Of a DNA stretch of 64,000 bases, positions 10,655 through 20,817 are shown piece after piece. Location of the stretch: assembly GCA_963701295.1 (NCBI GenBank), contig OY969585.1:352001-416000 (forward strand), written 5' to 3'. A program made the position numbers and the translations under genes. The notes beneath the pieces are model-generated. The model did not search any database. It was given only the letters and a program-made list of their open reading frames with translations, and was not told the origin of the DNA. Numbering within the stretch: the stretch's first letter is position 1; every line of letters starts with the position of its first letter. The DNA is from Ignavibacteriota bacterium. GTDB taxonomy: Bacteria > Bacteroidota > Ignavibacteria > UBA10030.

Positions 10655-11062
10655 CTATTCACCGCCGAATACCGACACGAGCAATTGTGTCACAATGGTA
10701 ATTAGATACCAATGCAGGATAACGAATATTCCCATCACAAGAATAAAAACAATGACACGTCCGAAGGTCACACCCTTTAATTCCTCGAAGAATCTCTGAA
10801 AAAGAGTGAAAGGCGTTAATAAGCCAATCAAAAACCATATAACAATGGAAACGAAGAAAAAGATGGAAATGTGCCCGTTAAATTCTTCTAAATCTAAATC
10901 CATGACTACGGAAAACATATATCCTAGGAGAACCAGTGCAAAACCGAGGAGTGTACTAAGAAACACTGCCCCAAGTCTTAAAAAAATAGTTCCGAATAAA
11001 GTTTCTTGTTCCGACTCTTCCGGGGGTTCTATTTGTAAGTCTGCCATATGCATTCCCTTCAA
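10655..11062 (-). CDS. Hypothetical membrane protein (about 3 TM)
   Basis: 135-aa ORF with an acidic N-terminus and hydrophobic helices; no family recognised. Confidence 0.6.
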   Translation of the reverse strand: MKGMHMADLQIEPPEESEQETLFGTIFLRLGAVFLSTLLGFALVLLGYMFSVVMDLDLEEFNGHISIFFFVSIVIWFLIGLLTPFTLFQRFFEELKGVTFGRVIVFILVMGIFVILHWYLITIVTQLLVSVFGGE

Positions 11063-11184
11063 TTATGATGAAGTACTCAAGGAGTAAATCATTCTCCTTA
11101 AGGCGTATTAGCTTTCCGTGATGCTATTGGTATTATGAAGCATAATGGAGATAAATTGATTTAATAACAATAGAATTGCGAGTT

Positions 11185-11223
11185 AAAAATACAAACGCCG
11201 ATGATGTTTCCACCATCGGCGTT
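11185..11223 (-). terminator. Intrinsic terminator downstream of nrdJ
   Basis: AACGCCGATG / CATCGGCGTT 10-bp stem followed by a U-rich tail on the minus strand. Confidence 0.7.
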
Positions 11224-11301
11224 CGTCGCAATTTTACTTTCTGTTTTTACTTCCCCCGTTACTCATAGCCTCACCTGTTATTGTAAATATTTCCCTTTCA
11301 A

Positions 11302-11369
11302 TGTCATACCCGCGAAAGCGGATATCTTACTCATTACAATATAAGATTCCCTCTTACGAGGGAATGACA
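11302..11369. repeat. REP/dRS3-like inverted pair of palindromes
   Basis: TGTCATACCCGCGAAAGCGGATATC ... GATTCCCTCTTACGAGGGAATGACA, resembling the GTCATTCCC-N8-GGGAATC repeat class. Confidence 0.7.
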
Positions 11370-11375
11370 GGCTTC

Positions 11376-14144
11376 TTATGAACATCCTGAAGTCGAACCA
11401 CATTCTAAGCACTTGTAGCACGAGCCGCTGCGGATCATAATACTACCGCACTCGTGACACGGAGGTGCGTCGGATTGGGTCTCGAATACAAACTTTTCAT
11501 TCTTCTCCCACACCGAAGCGGCTTTCGTTGCAGCGGCTGTGAGAATCCCTACCGGTTTCTTTGCGGTCTCTTCCGAAATTTTCACGTCGCTGACTTCATT
11601 ATTCGTATTCACCATACTGTTCTCTTCTTTGATAAATTTCTTGCCGAGCCAGCGGAAAATGTAATCGCTCACGGATTTCGCAATCGGGATATCCGGATTG
11701 TTCGTGAAGCCGGACGGCTCATAGCGCGCGTGGCTGAACTTATCTACCATCACCTTCAACGGGACACCGTATTGCAGTGCAATCGAAATCGACGTGGCAA
11801 GCGAATCCATCAATCCGGAAATAGTGGAACCCTCCTTGGACATCGTAATGAATAATTCGCCCGGTGTTCCGTCTTCAAACATCCCGACAGTAATATAGCC
11901 CTCGTGCCCGGCAATACTAAATTTATGTGTAATGGATTGGCGCTCGTCCTGCAAATGCCGACGTGCAGGTTTGTTGGTCATCTGCTGTTTTTCTTTTTTC
12001 TTATCGAGCGATGTGCTGAGCGGCTGTGTGCGCTTGCATCCGTCGCGGTACACGGCAATGGCTTTCAACCCGAGCTTCCACGCTTCGGTATATGCTTGCA
12101 TAATATCTTCAGCGGTCACATCGGTCGGCATGTTTACCGTTTTGGAAATTGCGCCGGAGAGGTACGGCTGTGCTGCCGCCATCATCTTGATATGCCCCAT
12201 ATATTGAATGGAGCGCTTGCCGTTTGCCGGTTTGAATGCGCAGTCGAATACCGAAAGATGTTCTTCTTTCAGATGCGGCGCGCCTTCGATGGTATCGTTC
12301 TTATCGATGAAAGCAATAATATGTTCGATCTGTTCGCCGTCGTATCCTAACTTCGTGAGCGCTTCCGGAACGGTTTGATTGACGATCTTCATCAAACCGC
12401 CACCGCTCATTTTCTTGTACTTCACCAGAGCAATATCCGGTTCGATTCCTGTGGTATCGCAATCCATCATGAAACCGATCGTACCGGTCGGGGCAAGAAC
12501 AGTTGTCTGTGCATTGCGGATGCCATGCACTTGTCCTAACTCAACAACATCCTTCCATACATTGCGCTGTGCTTCCCAGAGACTGGGTTCCACTGCATTC
12601 TTATCGATGCGTTCTGCGTGAATGCCATGTTTTGCCATCACATTTAACATTGGATCTCTATTTGCTACAAATCCGCTGAATGGCCCCTGCGCTTCGGCAA
12701 TCTTTGCAGATTGTTTGTACGCTTCGCCGCACATGAGAGAAGTGATGGCAGCGGTAAGCGTTCTGCCTTCGTCGCTGTCATACGCAACACCACGGGACAT
12801 CAGCAGCGCGCCGAGATTTGCGTACCCGAGTCCGAGCGGACGATAGTCGTGACTGTTTTGCGTGATCGCTGGTGTCGGGTAACTCGAATTATCAACGGAC
12901 ATATCCATTGCAGTAATCGTAACCTGAATGGCTTTCTTAAACGCTTCCACATCTATATCACCGTTCGCTCTGCGGAACTTCATCAGATTCAGTGATGCAA
13001 GGTTGCATGCGCTGTCATCGAGGAACATGTACTCGCTGCAAGGATTCGATGAATGGATCGGTGCCGTACCGGAGCACGTGTGCCAGTTATTGATCGTCGT
13101 ATGGAATTGGATACCGGGATCGCCGCAGATCCATGCCGCATTGGCAATTTGTTTCATCAGGTCGCGCGCGCGGAATTTTTCTACCGGCATTCCGCCTTTT
13201 ACGGCTTTAGTCCAAAATTCTTTATCTTCCAGAACGGCTTTCATGAATTCATCGCTCACGCGAATGGAGTGATTGGCGTTTTGATAAAAAACAGAATCGT
13301 ACGCGCCTCCGGGTACATTGAAGCCGCCGTCATAGCCTGCGTCGATGAGCGCCCATGCTTTTTTTTCCTCTTCTGCTTTGCAATTGATAAAGCTGACAAT
13401 ATCCGGATGTTCAACGTTCAGAATCACCATCTTTGCTGCGCGGCGTGTCTTCCCTCCGGATTTTATAACGCCCGCAAACGCATCATATCCTTTCATGAAC
13501 GAAACCGGTCCAGACGCAGTACCGCCGCCGGTGATACGTTCCTTGGAGGAGCGAAGTGTGGAAAGATTGGAACCCGTGCCCGAACCGTACTTAAAGAGCA
13601 TGCCTTCTGTTTTCGCAAGCTCCAGAATAGAGGACATGGAATCTTTAACCGAATTGATAAAGCATGCCGAACACTGCGGCATTTTTTCCACGCCGACGTT
13701 GAACCAAACCGGGCTGTTGAACGACATATATTGGTTGACGAGAAGATACAGCAACTCGTGATAAAATATTTCCGCATCTTCTTCAGATGCGAAGTAACCG
13801 TCTTTCAATCCCCATGTATAGTACGATTTGGCAACACGATTGATAAGCTGCCGTATGCTCGTTTCGCGTTCTGCAGTCCCTAATTGACCATAGAAGTATT
13901 TCGAGACAACGACATTGGTTGCTGTCATTGACCACGATTTGGGAATTTCGACATCTTTTTGTTCAAAGATTTTTTCCCCTCGATCGTTCGAGATCGTAGC
14001 AGTGCGCCGTTCCCATTCAACTTCATCAAAGGGATGCACGCCTTGTTTCGTAAAGAACCTTTCGAAACGTAATCCCCGTTTCACAGTTTCGTGCTCCTGT
14101 GTGCGGGAATTAACTTGGGCGGCTGGGGACTGCACATTTTGCAT
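11376..14144 (-). CDS. nrdJ: Adenosylcobalamin-dependent (class II) ribonucleotide reductase with C-terminal TSCPD domain
   Basis: FNSPVWFN, QCSACFI, GGKTRRAAKM, NPCSEY, APTGTI, terminal CHECG..CYKCLECGSTSGCS. Confidence 0.97.
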   Translation of the reverse strand: MQNVQSPAAQVNSRTQEHETVKRGLRFERFFTKQGVHPFDEVEWERRTATISNDRGEKIFEQKDVEIPKSWSMTATNVVVSKYFYGQLGTAERETSIRQLINRVAKSYYTWGLKDGYFASEEDAEIFYHELLYLLVNQYMSFNSPVWFNVGVEKMPQCSACFINSVKDSMSSILELAKTEGMLFKYGSGTGSNLSTLRSSKERITGGGTASGPVSFMKGYDAFAGVIKSGGKTRRAAKMVILNVEHPDIVSFINCKAEEEKKAWALIDAGYDGGFNVPGGAYDSVFYQNANHSIRVSDEFMKAVLEDKEFWTKAVKGGMPVEKFRARDLMKQIANAAWICGDPGIQFHTTINNWHTCSGTAPIHSSNPCSEYMFLDDSACNLASLNLMKFRRANGDIDVEAFKKAIQVTITAMDMSVDNSSYPTPAITQNSHDYRPLGLGYANLGALLMSRGVAYDSDEGRTLTAAITSLMCGEAYKQSAKIAEAQGPFSGFVANRDPMLNVMAKHGIHAERIDKNAVEPSLWEAQRNVWKDVVELGQVHGIRNAQTTVLAPTGTIGFMMDCDTTGIEPDIALVKYKKMSGGGLMKIVNQTVPEALTKLGYDGEQIEHIIAFIDKNDTIEGAPHLKEEHLSVFDCAFKPANGKRSIQYMGHIKMMAAAQPYLSGAISKTVNMPTDVTAEDIMQAYTEAWKLGLKAIAVYRDGCKRTQPLSTSLDKKKEKQQMTNKPARRHLQDERQSITHKFSIAGHEGYITVGMFEDGTPGELFITMSKEGSTISGLMDSLATSISIALQYGVPLKVMVDKFSHARYEPSGFTNNPDIPIAKSVSDYIFRWLGKKFIKEENSMVNTNNEVSDVKISEETAKKPVGILTAAATKAASVWEKNEKFVFETQSDAPPCHECGSIMIRSGSCYKCLECGSTSGCS

Positions 14145-14338
14145 ATGTTACTCCTTGCTTAAAAAAGGGACGTCTTACGACGACTCGGATAACTTGAGTT
14201 CAACTTTCTGAAAAATATTGATGATATAAATATAAAGAGTGGCCGTTGCGCGCCACATGTATTCTCCTCTTTTACGACTCCAAACTTACAGAAATCTCAA
14301 ACTCTTCTTCTTTCTTTTTGGCGTCGCAACTGGTTGTA

Positions 14339-14367
14339 AATATATTCTGTTACAGTCCCTTTGTCAA
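14339..14367 (-). promoter_or_regulatory. sigma70-type promoter upstream of nrdJ
   Basis: TTGACA (14367-14362), 17-nt spacer, TATATT (14344-14339). Confidence 0.6.
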
Positions 14368-14773
14368 GTTAATAATTAAGTGTTTTTTAAAGGGCTGAAC
14401 ATATAAAAAAATCACTTGACACAAAAAACATTTACTCCTCAGGAGCTAAACTTAAACTCATTCTATTTTTAACATCTCTTATATCTATTCAGTACATTCA
14501 GCAGAATACCATTGGTTAAAATAGACAAATCAAATTTTTCTATTTTTTCCTATTTCATAAATAAAATAAATATCTTCTGACATCCTGATTAATGAACAAT
14601 TCCGATCTTGAAAAAGTTCTCCCTTTCATTGAGATGTCTATGTCCAGTCAAAAATCCTTTAGGAGAAATGATGTCCCCCACCAATGTTTCTGGAAATCAT
14701 ATCCTTTGCGATGAAACTCGAAAGAAAAAAACTGATTGTCTGTACTGCAAAGACAGACGAAGTCCAGTAAAAG

Positions 14774-15316
14774 TCATTTCGGAAGAGGAACGCGTACAAA
14801 TTTCCGCTGAACAATTCTATCAGGGACAATCCATGCATCACGGTATCCTTTTTCCGTGAACTCCGGTAGTCGCTGGTTTGCTTCGTAGCGATTTACAAAA
14901 TCTCCAACCCGTACTTTATACACCGGTGCATCATACACCACATACACTGAATCACCGATAAATTTCTCCGTCACGACTTCTTTCATGAGCGTCGCCTCAT
15001 CAACACCGGAAGAAGAAAAAACCTGAATGCGAAATCCCTGTATTGCTTCTTCCACAACGACCATACTGTCTTTCGGAATTTCTAGCGGCGCCTGCTGTTT
15101 CTTTTCCTCAACGTGTGCCTTCTCAACGACCTCAACTTCTTGATCATAATCTGCCGGGTTGAGCGTTGCTTCGTATTCCGCCAACGAGCGCTTATCTTCT
15201 TTCGGTGTTTCCTGCTTCGGTTCTTCATCCCGAATAAATGACCGCGATGATGTACAACCTGCCGTTAATAGCACCAGCACACACAGTGCAAAAAAAAGAA
15301 TATGGATTTTCATCAT
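14774..15316 (-). CDS. SPOR-domain lipoprotein
   Basis: Lipobox LTAGC; GFRIQVFS...YDAPVYKVRVGDF.NRYEA...GYRDAWIV. Confidence 0.88.
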   Translation of the reverse strand: MMKIHILFFALCVLVLLTAGCTSSRSFIRDEEPKQETPKEDKRSLAEYEATLNPADYDQEVEVVEKAHVEEKKQQAPLEIPKDSMVVVEEAIQGFRIQVFSSSGVDEATLMKEVVTEKFIGDSVYVVYDAPVYKVRVGDFVNRYEANQRLPEFTEKGYRDAWIVPDRIVQRKFVRVPLPK

Positions 15317-15888
15317 GGTATGAAGTTGATCCAGCATTGGTTGTACTCTTTTGAATATTGTTCTTTCATAGTATCAGCAAGTGCGAACGCTTTCTTGCGG
15401 TCTTCATACCTCCCGACACTCACGCGGTACAGTTTGGCACTCTTGACATATCTGTTAAAGACGGGTTGATGGGTAAATCGTCCTTTTGCTTTCTTTTGTG
15501 TTCTCAATGCATTGGATGCTTGAGCGAACGCGCCTATCTGCACAGTATAAATCGGGTGTTCCGGGTACTCGATCTTGATGTGCGGATATGCAGAAGATTT
15601 CATTTTATTTATTACAGATGCTCGCACCGTATCCTGCTTTGATTTGAATTTTGGTGCAACACGCGACGATTTATCTGAAAAAAGTTTTGAGTTATTTTTT
15701 GAATTCAGCATGGAATCTTGCTTCATGTCCTGACCACCCACATGGTGCATCGTATCAATCGAACCAAAGATCTGAACCGGAGACTTTGCTCTATTTCCTG
15801 CGCCCGTTTCTTCCGATGAAACACAGCCCATAAGTAAGAGAACCATGCCAAGTAACAACACACTGACTATGTACAATTGTCGACTCAC
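15313..15888 (-). CDS. SPOR-domain lipoprotein
   Basis: Lipobox LMGC; YTVQIGAF...NA...[12 protein letters not shown]. Confidence 0.85.
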   Translation of the reverse strand: MSRQLYIVSVLLLGMVLLLMGCVSSEETGAGNRAKSPVQIFGSIDTMHHVGGQDMKQDSMLNSKNNSKLFSDKSSRVAPKFKSKQDTVRASVINKMKSSAYPHIKIEYPEHPIYTVQIGAFAQASNALRTQKKAKGRFTHQPVFNRYVKSAKLYRVSVGRYEDRKKAFALADTMKEQYSKEYNQCWINFIP

Positions 15889-16658
15889 CGAGGGCCTCTT
15901 TTAGTAGTGGATAGTGATCCTATTTCCTCCCCTGTAATGATTTTGATACTTGCGCTTGTGCCTATTCGTGTCGCACCGCTTGCAAGAAGAGCAAGTGCTT
16001 GTTTCTTTGAGTGCACACCACCAGAAGCTTTCACTCCCAACTCCGGACCAACGACTTTTCGCATGAGTGCAATGTCCTCGACGGTCGCCCCGCCTTTCAC
16101 AAATCCTGTCGACGTCTTCACGAAGTCTGCCCCTGCATGTTTCGCTAGAACACATGCTTTTATTTTTTCATCGTCGTTCAGCAATCCGGTTTCAATGATT
16201 ACTTTTACCAGTACTTTCAATCGATGCGCCGCATCGACAACTGCAAAAATTTCATGTTCGACATAATCATACTCGCGGGATTTCAACATTCCAATATTGA
16301 TAACCATATCAACTTCACTTGCACCATGTTTGATTGCCCGTTCCGTCTCAAATGCTTTCACTACACTCGATGTCGCGCCCAACGGGAAACCGATGACGGT
16401 ACAAACCTTTACATTCGAATTGCGCAGCAAGTCCGCACACAATTTCACATACGCCGGATTGATACACACGCTTGCGAAACTATAGTGTTTTGCTTCAGCA
16501 CAGAGAGTCTCAATTTCCTGCATAGTTGCTTCCGGTTTCAGAAGCGTATGGTCGATCATCCGAGCGAGCTTGGCATCGAAAGCGCTTCGTTCTATTCCGA
16601 CTTCGGCTTGAATCTGACCTTCTCCGTCCTGCATTCTATCGCTCACGTTATCTTTCAT
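15885..16658 (-). CDS. deoC: Deoxyribose-phosphate aldolase
   Basis: [42 protein letters not shown]. Confidence 0.97.
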   Translation of the reverse strand: MKDNVSDRMQDGEGQIQAEVGIERSAFDAKLARMIDHTLLKPEATMQEIETLCAEAKHYSFASVCINPAYVKLCADLLRNSNVKVCTVIGFPLGATSSVVKAFETERAIKHGASEVDMVINIGMLKSREYDYVEHEIFAVVDAAHRLKVLVKVIIETGLLNDDEKIKACVLAKHAGADFVKTSTGFVKGGATVEDIALMRKVVGPELGVKASGGVHSKKQALALLASGATRIGTSASIKIITGEEIGSLSTTKRGPR

Positions 16659-16785
16659 ATGGAGAATTGCTTGCCAAACTCTTGATTTGAGTAGATCTTT
16701 TTTGCATCTGCTTGTATAAATATACGAGAATTATTTTGAGTTACAAGCATGGCAATGTAAGAACATCGCCGGCAACGAGAAACTC

Positions 16786-17709
16786 TTACATAAATATTTC
16801 GCCTGATTCAATTGGATAGCCCCTGAGAAATTCTTCGATGCCGAGCCGGCGTTTTCCTTCTTGCTGAATTTCAAGAAGAGAAACAACACCGCTGCCGGTT
16901 CCGACCTCCAGTTTATTCTGTGTTCGATTCAAGACAATTCCCGCTTGTGTTGATTGTCTCTCAATCATTCTGGTGCGAAATACTTTAATAAGCTTCGCCC
17001 TATGTGTCGTCCACGCAGAGGGGTGCGGCGAAAGTCCTCGAATAAAATTGTGGACATGTTGCGACGGTTTTGTCCAATCGATACGGCAGTCTCCTTTGAA
17101 AATTTTTGGTGCGGGACAGGCAAGTGAATCGTCTTGCCGATGCGGCTGCACGTTACCAAGTTCAATGAGGCGAACAGTTTGAAGAACAATTTCAGCACCT
17201 ACGACGGAGAGTGTATCGTGCAAATCGCCTGCAGTGTCATTCAAACCAATCGGCACTCGTGTCTGAAGAAGAATAGAGCCGGTATCCACCTCGTCCTTTA
17301 AAAAGAATGTCGTAACACCAGATTCTTTTTCTCCATTTATAAGAGCCCAATTGATCGGCGCGGCACCGCGATATTTCGGCAAGAGCGATGCATGAAGATT
17401 AAAAGAACCAAGTTTCGGGATAGTGTACACTTCTCGCGGCAGAATCCGGAATGCTACTACGACAATAAGATCGGGATGGAGCTGTTGAACTTCGGCAGTA
17501 AACGCTGCATCATGAAGTTTCTCAGGTTGAAGAACCGGAATCTGATGATGAAGAGCAAACTCTTTTATAGAGGTGAAGGAAAATTCGTGTCCACGCCCTC
17601 TTGGTTTATCCGGTGCTGTCACGACGGATGGAATTTCATAGGAATGATCGAGAAGGATACGAAGACTTGGAACAGCAAATTCCGGTGTACCCATGAAAAG
17701 GATTCGCAT
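16786..17709 (-). CDS. fmt: Methionyl-tRNA formyltransferase
   Basis: FMGTPEFAVPSL, NLHASLLPKYRGAAPINWA. Confidence 0.98.
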   Translation of the reverse strand: MRILFMGTPEFAVPSLRILLDHSYEIPSVVTAPDKPRGRGHEFSFTSIKEFALHHQIPVLQPEKLHDAAFTAEVQQLHPDLIVVVAFRILPREVYTIPKLGSFNLHASLLPKYRGAAPINWALINGEKESGVTTFFLKDEVDTGSILLQTRVPIGLNDTAGDLHDTLSVVGAEIVLQTVRLIELGNVQPHRQDDSLACPAPKIFKGDCRIDWTKPSQHVHNFIRGLSPHPSAWTTHRAKLIKVFRTRMIERQSTQAGIVLNRTQNKLEVGTGSGVVSLLEIQQEGKRRLGIEEFLRGYPIESGEIFM

Positions 17710-17712
17710 ACT

Positions 17713-18309
17713 TTACACCTTCACGGCAGTAACCACCGGATAGTCGGGATCAACTTCTCCCTTTCGAATCTTTCTCAACTTGGGCAGCAGCATACTTCGT
17801 TTTGCCTTGTTGACACGATCCACAAAGAGAACACCGTTGAGATGGTCAAATTCATGAAGAACAACGCGGGCAAGCAATCCATCCATGAATAGTTCTTGTT
17901 TCTTGAATTCACCGTCACGAAAACGAATACGTACTTTTTCTGCCCGTTCCACTGCACCACGTACTCCCGGAAGGCTCAAGCATCCCTCCTCCATCGACCT
18001 GGCACCTTCTTCATTCACTATCTCAGGGTTGATAAGCGCAAGCGTGCGTGGAAGACCGGGTGACGTCGGATGTGCAGAATCCTCCATTTCGCCTTCTGCA
18101 TTCGGCTCAGTGACATCCGAAATATCTATCGTAATCACGCGCCAAAGATCGCCGACCTGATTTGCGGCAAGACCTATCCCATTGGCCTCATGCATCGTCT
18201 CGAACATGTCATAAATGAGCTTGACGATCGAATCGCCCAGCGACACAACCGGTTTGGCTTTTTTCTTGAGAACTTCGGTTCCAAAAAGATAAATGGGAAG
18301 AATGGACAT
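17713..18309 (-). CDS. def: Peptide deformylase
   Basis: GIGLAANQVG, EGCLS, HEFDHLNG. Confidence 0.98.
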   Translation of the reverse strand: MSILPIYLFGTEVLKKKAKPVVSLGDSIVKLIYDMFETMHEANGIGLAANQVGDLWRVITIDISDVTEPNAEGEMEDSAHPTSPGLPRTLALINPEIVNEEGARSMEEGCLSLPGVRGAVERAEKVRIRFRDGEFKKQELFMDGLLARVVLHEFDHLNGVLFVDRVNKAKRSMLLPKLRKIRKGEVDPDYPVVTAVKV

Positions 18310-18350
18310 GGGTTTTGCAATCTCTTGTGTATTCTCTTATTCTCAGGATA

Positions 18351-19055
18351 TCATTCCACAATCCGCCGGGCACATTCATATCGCTTAACATAATAGGTAC
18401 TCTGAAGCGATGAGATCGTCACACCGAGTGAAACACTCGCGTGTGCGAACAGATCATCGCCCAGATAGAGACCAACGTGAGAAGCACTCTCGCCTGTCGT
18501 ATTAAAAAAAATCAAATCTCCGAATTTCAATTCACTCAACTCTACCGCCGTACCACTTTGTGATTGCTCATAACTTGAGCGCGGAAGCAGAATACCCATG
18601 GAATTCTTATAAACCGTCATAGTATATCCCGAACAATCCATTCCATCTATGCTCGATCCACCATGCACATACGATACACCCATATACTTAGAAATTTCCC
18701 GCATCATTTTACTTTGATCAAGTGGTTTTATAGCGGCGTTTTTTTCTTTTCGAAAATCTCGACCGCCCTTGGCGATGTGTTCTATCTCTTCTTTATCCGG
18801 TTTTTTGTCGGTCTCTTTTACTTCTTCTTCCGCCTCTTTCGATGAAAAACGCGGTCCATTGTGTGATGGTGCGGTAGAAGAAGATTTTTTCTCCTGGCTT
18901 CTGAATCGCGGTGATGACCCTCCGCAGCCTTCGAGCAACACGAAGACTGCGAGAACGATACTGATCACCAATAAGATGCGTTGTCTGCCCACGTTGAAGA
19001 AGGTGCTTTCCTTATGACAAAGCCCCGCACGCCGCGGGGCTTGCTTCGCCAACAA
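18351..19055 (-). CDS. NlpC/P60 (C40) peptidoglycan endopeptidase lipoprotein; true start probably further downstream
   Basis: Lipobox LEGC; Y.HGG....GMDCSG, GDLIFF...SHVGLY..FAHAS. Confidence 0.92.
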   Translation of the reverse strand: MLAKQAPRRAGLCHKESTFFNVGRQRILLVISIVLAVFVLLEGCGGSSPRFRSQEKKSSSTAPSHNGPRFSSKEAEEEVKETDKKPDKEEIEHIAKGGRDFRKEKNAAIKPLDQSKMMREISKYMGVSYVHGGSSIDGMDCSGYTMTVYKNSMGILLPRSSYEQSQSGTAVELSELKFGDLIFFNTTGESASHVGLYLGDDLFAHASVSLGVTISSLQSTYYVKRYECARRIVE

Positions 19056-19088
19056 CTACGATTTTCCGGTTCTCCCGGCATGTTTCGT

Positions 19089-19946
19089 TTATCCAAGATA
19101 TGCACGCAGTGCTTTGCTTCGCGAGGCATGGCGCAGACGGCGAATTGCCTTCTCTTTGATCTGCCGAACGCGTTCACGCGTTAAGTTAAATTTCTCGCCG
19201 ATCTCTTCCAATGTCAGCGAATGTTCCGAATCGAGACCAAAGTATAACTTGATGACTTGCGCTTCGCGTTCACTCAGTGTTGCCAATGCACGCTTTACTT
19301 CATTTTTCAATGATTCTTCTAAAAGACCGGAGTCGGGTGTCGGTTGACGATTGTCTTGAATAACATCGAGCAAGCGGTTATCCTCACCTTGTGCAAACGG
19401 CGCATCCATTGATAAGTGCCTGCCGGAAATCTTCAGCGTATCGGAAACTTCAAAGAGCGACATATCCAGCTCTTCTGCCAGTTCGCTCGTGCTCGGTTCG
19501 CGTTCAAACTCTTGTTCCAGTGTACTGAATGCCTTACCGATCTTATTGAGTGCGCCGACACGGTTTAACGGCAAACGTACGATACGGGACTGTTCGGCCA
19601 GCGCCTGCAAGATCGACTGACGAATCCACCACACCGCATACGAAATGAATTTGAATCCGCGTGTCTCGTCAAAACGTTTTGCTGCCTTTATCAATCCAAG
19701 GTTACCCTCATTGATTAAATCACCGAGCGATAATCCTTGGTTCTGATATTGCTTTGCCACGCTCACCACGAAGCGTAAATTTGCTTTCGTCAATTTCTCT
19801 AACGCTTTTTGGTCGCCTTTTTTAATGCGCCGTGCGAGATCAATTTCTTCCTGCGGCACTAATAATTCGACTTTGCCAATTTCTTGGAGATACTTATCGA
19901 GCGATTGGCTCTCACGATTTGTATATTGTTTGCTTATTTTCACCAT
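19089..19946 (-). CDS. rpoD: sigma70-family RNA polymerase sigma factor, RpoD/SigA type lacking region 1.1
   Basis: [54 protein letters not shown]. Confidence 0.92.
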   Translation of the reverse strand: MVKISKQYTNRESQSLDKYLQEIGKVELLVPQEEIDLARRIKKGDQKALEKLTKANLRFVVSVAKQYQNQGLSLGDLINEGNLGLIKAAKRFDETRGFKFISYAVWWIRQSILQALAEQSRIVRLPLNRVGALNKIGKAFSTLEQEFEREPSTSELAEELDMSLFEVSDTLKISGRHLSMDAPFAQGEDNRLLDVIQDNRQPTPDSGLLEESLKNEVKRALATLSEREAQVIKLYFGLDSEHSLTLEEIGEKFNLTRERVRQIKEKAIRRLRHASRSKALRAYLG

Positions 19947-20193
19947 CGACTCTTTGCCAAAATTCAACTCTCGTTGCCCGTAGGATTGCTACGGGAGTCC
20001 CAGCAGGATATTCCACTATGTATAACACCACAAGGAGGGTGGAAAGTTCACAATTGCTACAAACCGATCCAATCCACATTCCTGATACTATTCGAATTTA
20101 CCTCATTTCTGACCTGTTTATTAGACTCTACAAACGGTATATTGTTTCCCGCCTCAGTTTTTAGAAAACCTCCTCGAATAAGCTTTGACCTGC

Positions 20194-20543
20194 TCATGAT
20201 TGAGCACCACCCACACCAATGAATTCTGCCGCAGTTCTACCGACATACGCGAATGAACAGCTCATTCCGAGATTCACATTATTCTTCCCAGAAGTACTGG
20301 CACAAAGCAAAGGAACATATTTCCACGTATGATCCGTACTCTGATTTGTTGGATCGCTTCCGTGACCAGCGGTGAGACAAAGCAAATCACCATTGCTGAT
20401 GCACTTTTGGATATCCGGAAGTTTTACATCAAACTCTTCAACTACCTGGATGCATCCTCTAACACGAAGAAATATTTCAAGGGCACTTTTCGGAAAGCCC
20501 TAACGCTGTCAAGAATAATGAGCATCGGTTTCTTCTGTTTCAA
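20194..20543 (-). pseudogene. deoB: Internally deleted phosphopentomutase remnant
   Basis: N-terminal MLIILDSV followed, in another frame, by VEEFDVKLPDI...DLLCLTAGHGSDPT..STDHTWKYVPLL...NLG...FA.VGRTAAEF, matching the DeoB C-terminus. Confidence 0.8.
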
Positions 20544-20585
20544 TGTGAACTGAGATTCCCACTGTGGGGACTGCAAAAGGGATAG

Positions 20586-20780
20586 TTATCCCAAAATTTC
20601 TTTTTCATTGCACTTACATAATTGGATGTGCTGTCGATTAAACCGGTAAGAACCATGCGCTGATCGTACCGATTGCACAAAGAGCGTTGGGGTTTTTATG
20701 GTCCCGCACTTCGGACACTTCACTCCTTTTTCTTGTCCGGCTTTTTTTGCTTTTTCCGCAAAATCAGTTTGTTTTGCCAT
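20586..20780 (-). CDS. Small basic Cys4 protein, candidate bL38/DUF4295-like ribosomal protein
   Basis: GGAG RBS; MAK start, CPKC and CKC, V.SVRS..GSYRF; family link is from recall only. Confidence 0.7.
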   Translation of the reverse strand: MAKQTDFAEKAKKAGQEKGVKCPKCGTIKTPTLFVQSVRSAHGSYRFNRQHIQLCKCNEKEILG

Positions 20781-20817
20781 TTAGATCTCCAAAAGAAAAT
20801 AGTTACAGTGTTGTTAT

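Noticed and set aside
11233-11275. 10-codon ORF MSNGGSKNRK with an SD-like GGTGAGG on the minus strand between the REP doublet and the terminator
   Set aside because: Too short to support without conservation or Ribo-seq data.
13053-13883. Long antisense ORFs over nrdJ (also over manC, purD and guaB)
   Set aside because: Shadow frames of conserved genes with no recognisable motifs.
14145-14360. Cobalamin riboswitch or NrdR boxes upstream of nrdJ
   Set aside because: No B12-box seen; ACAGAATATATTTACA over the -10 matches the NrdR consensus only partly and has no clear second box.
14592-14859. Short ORFs in the nrdJ-SPOR intergenic region
   Set aside because: No motifs; partly antisense to the SPOR gene; AT-rich intergenic composition.
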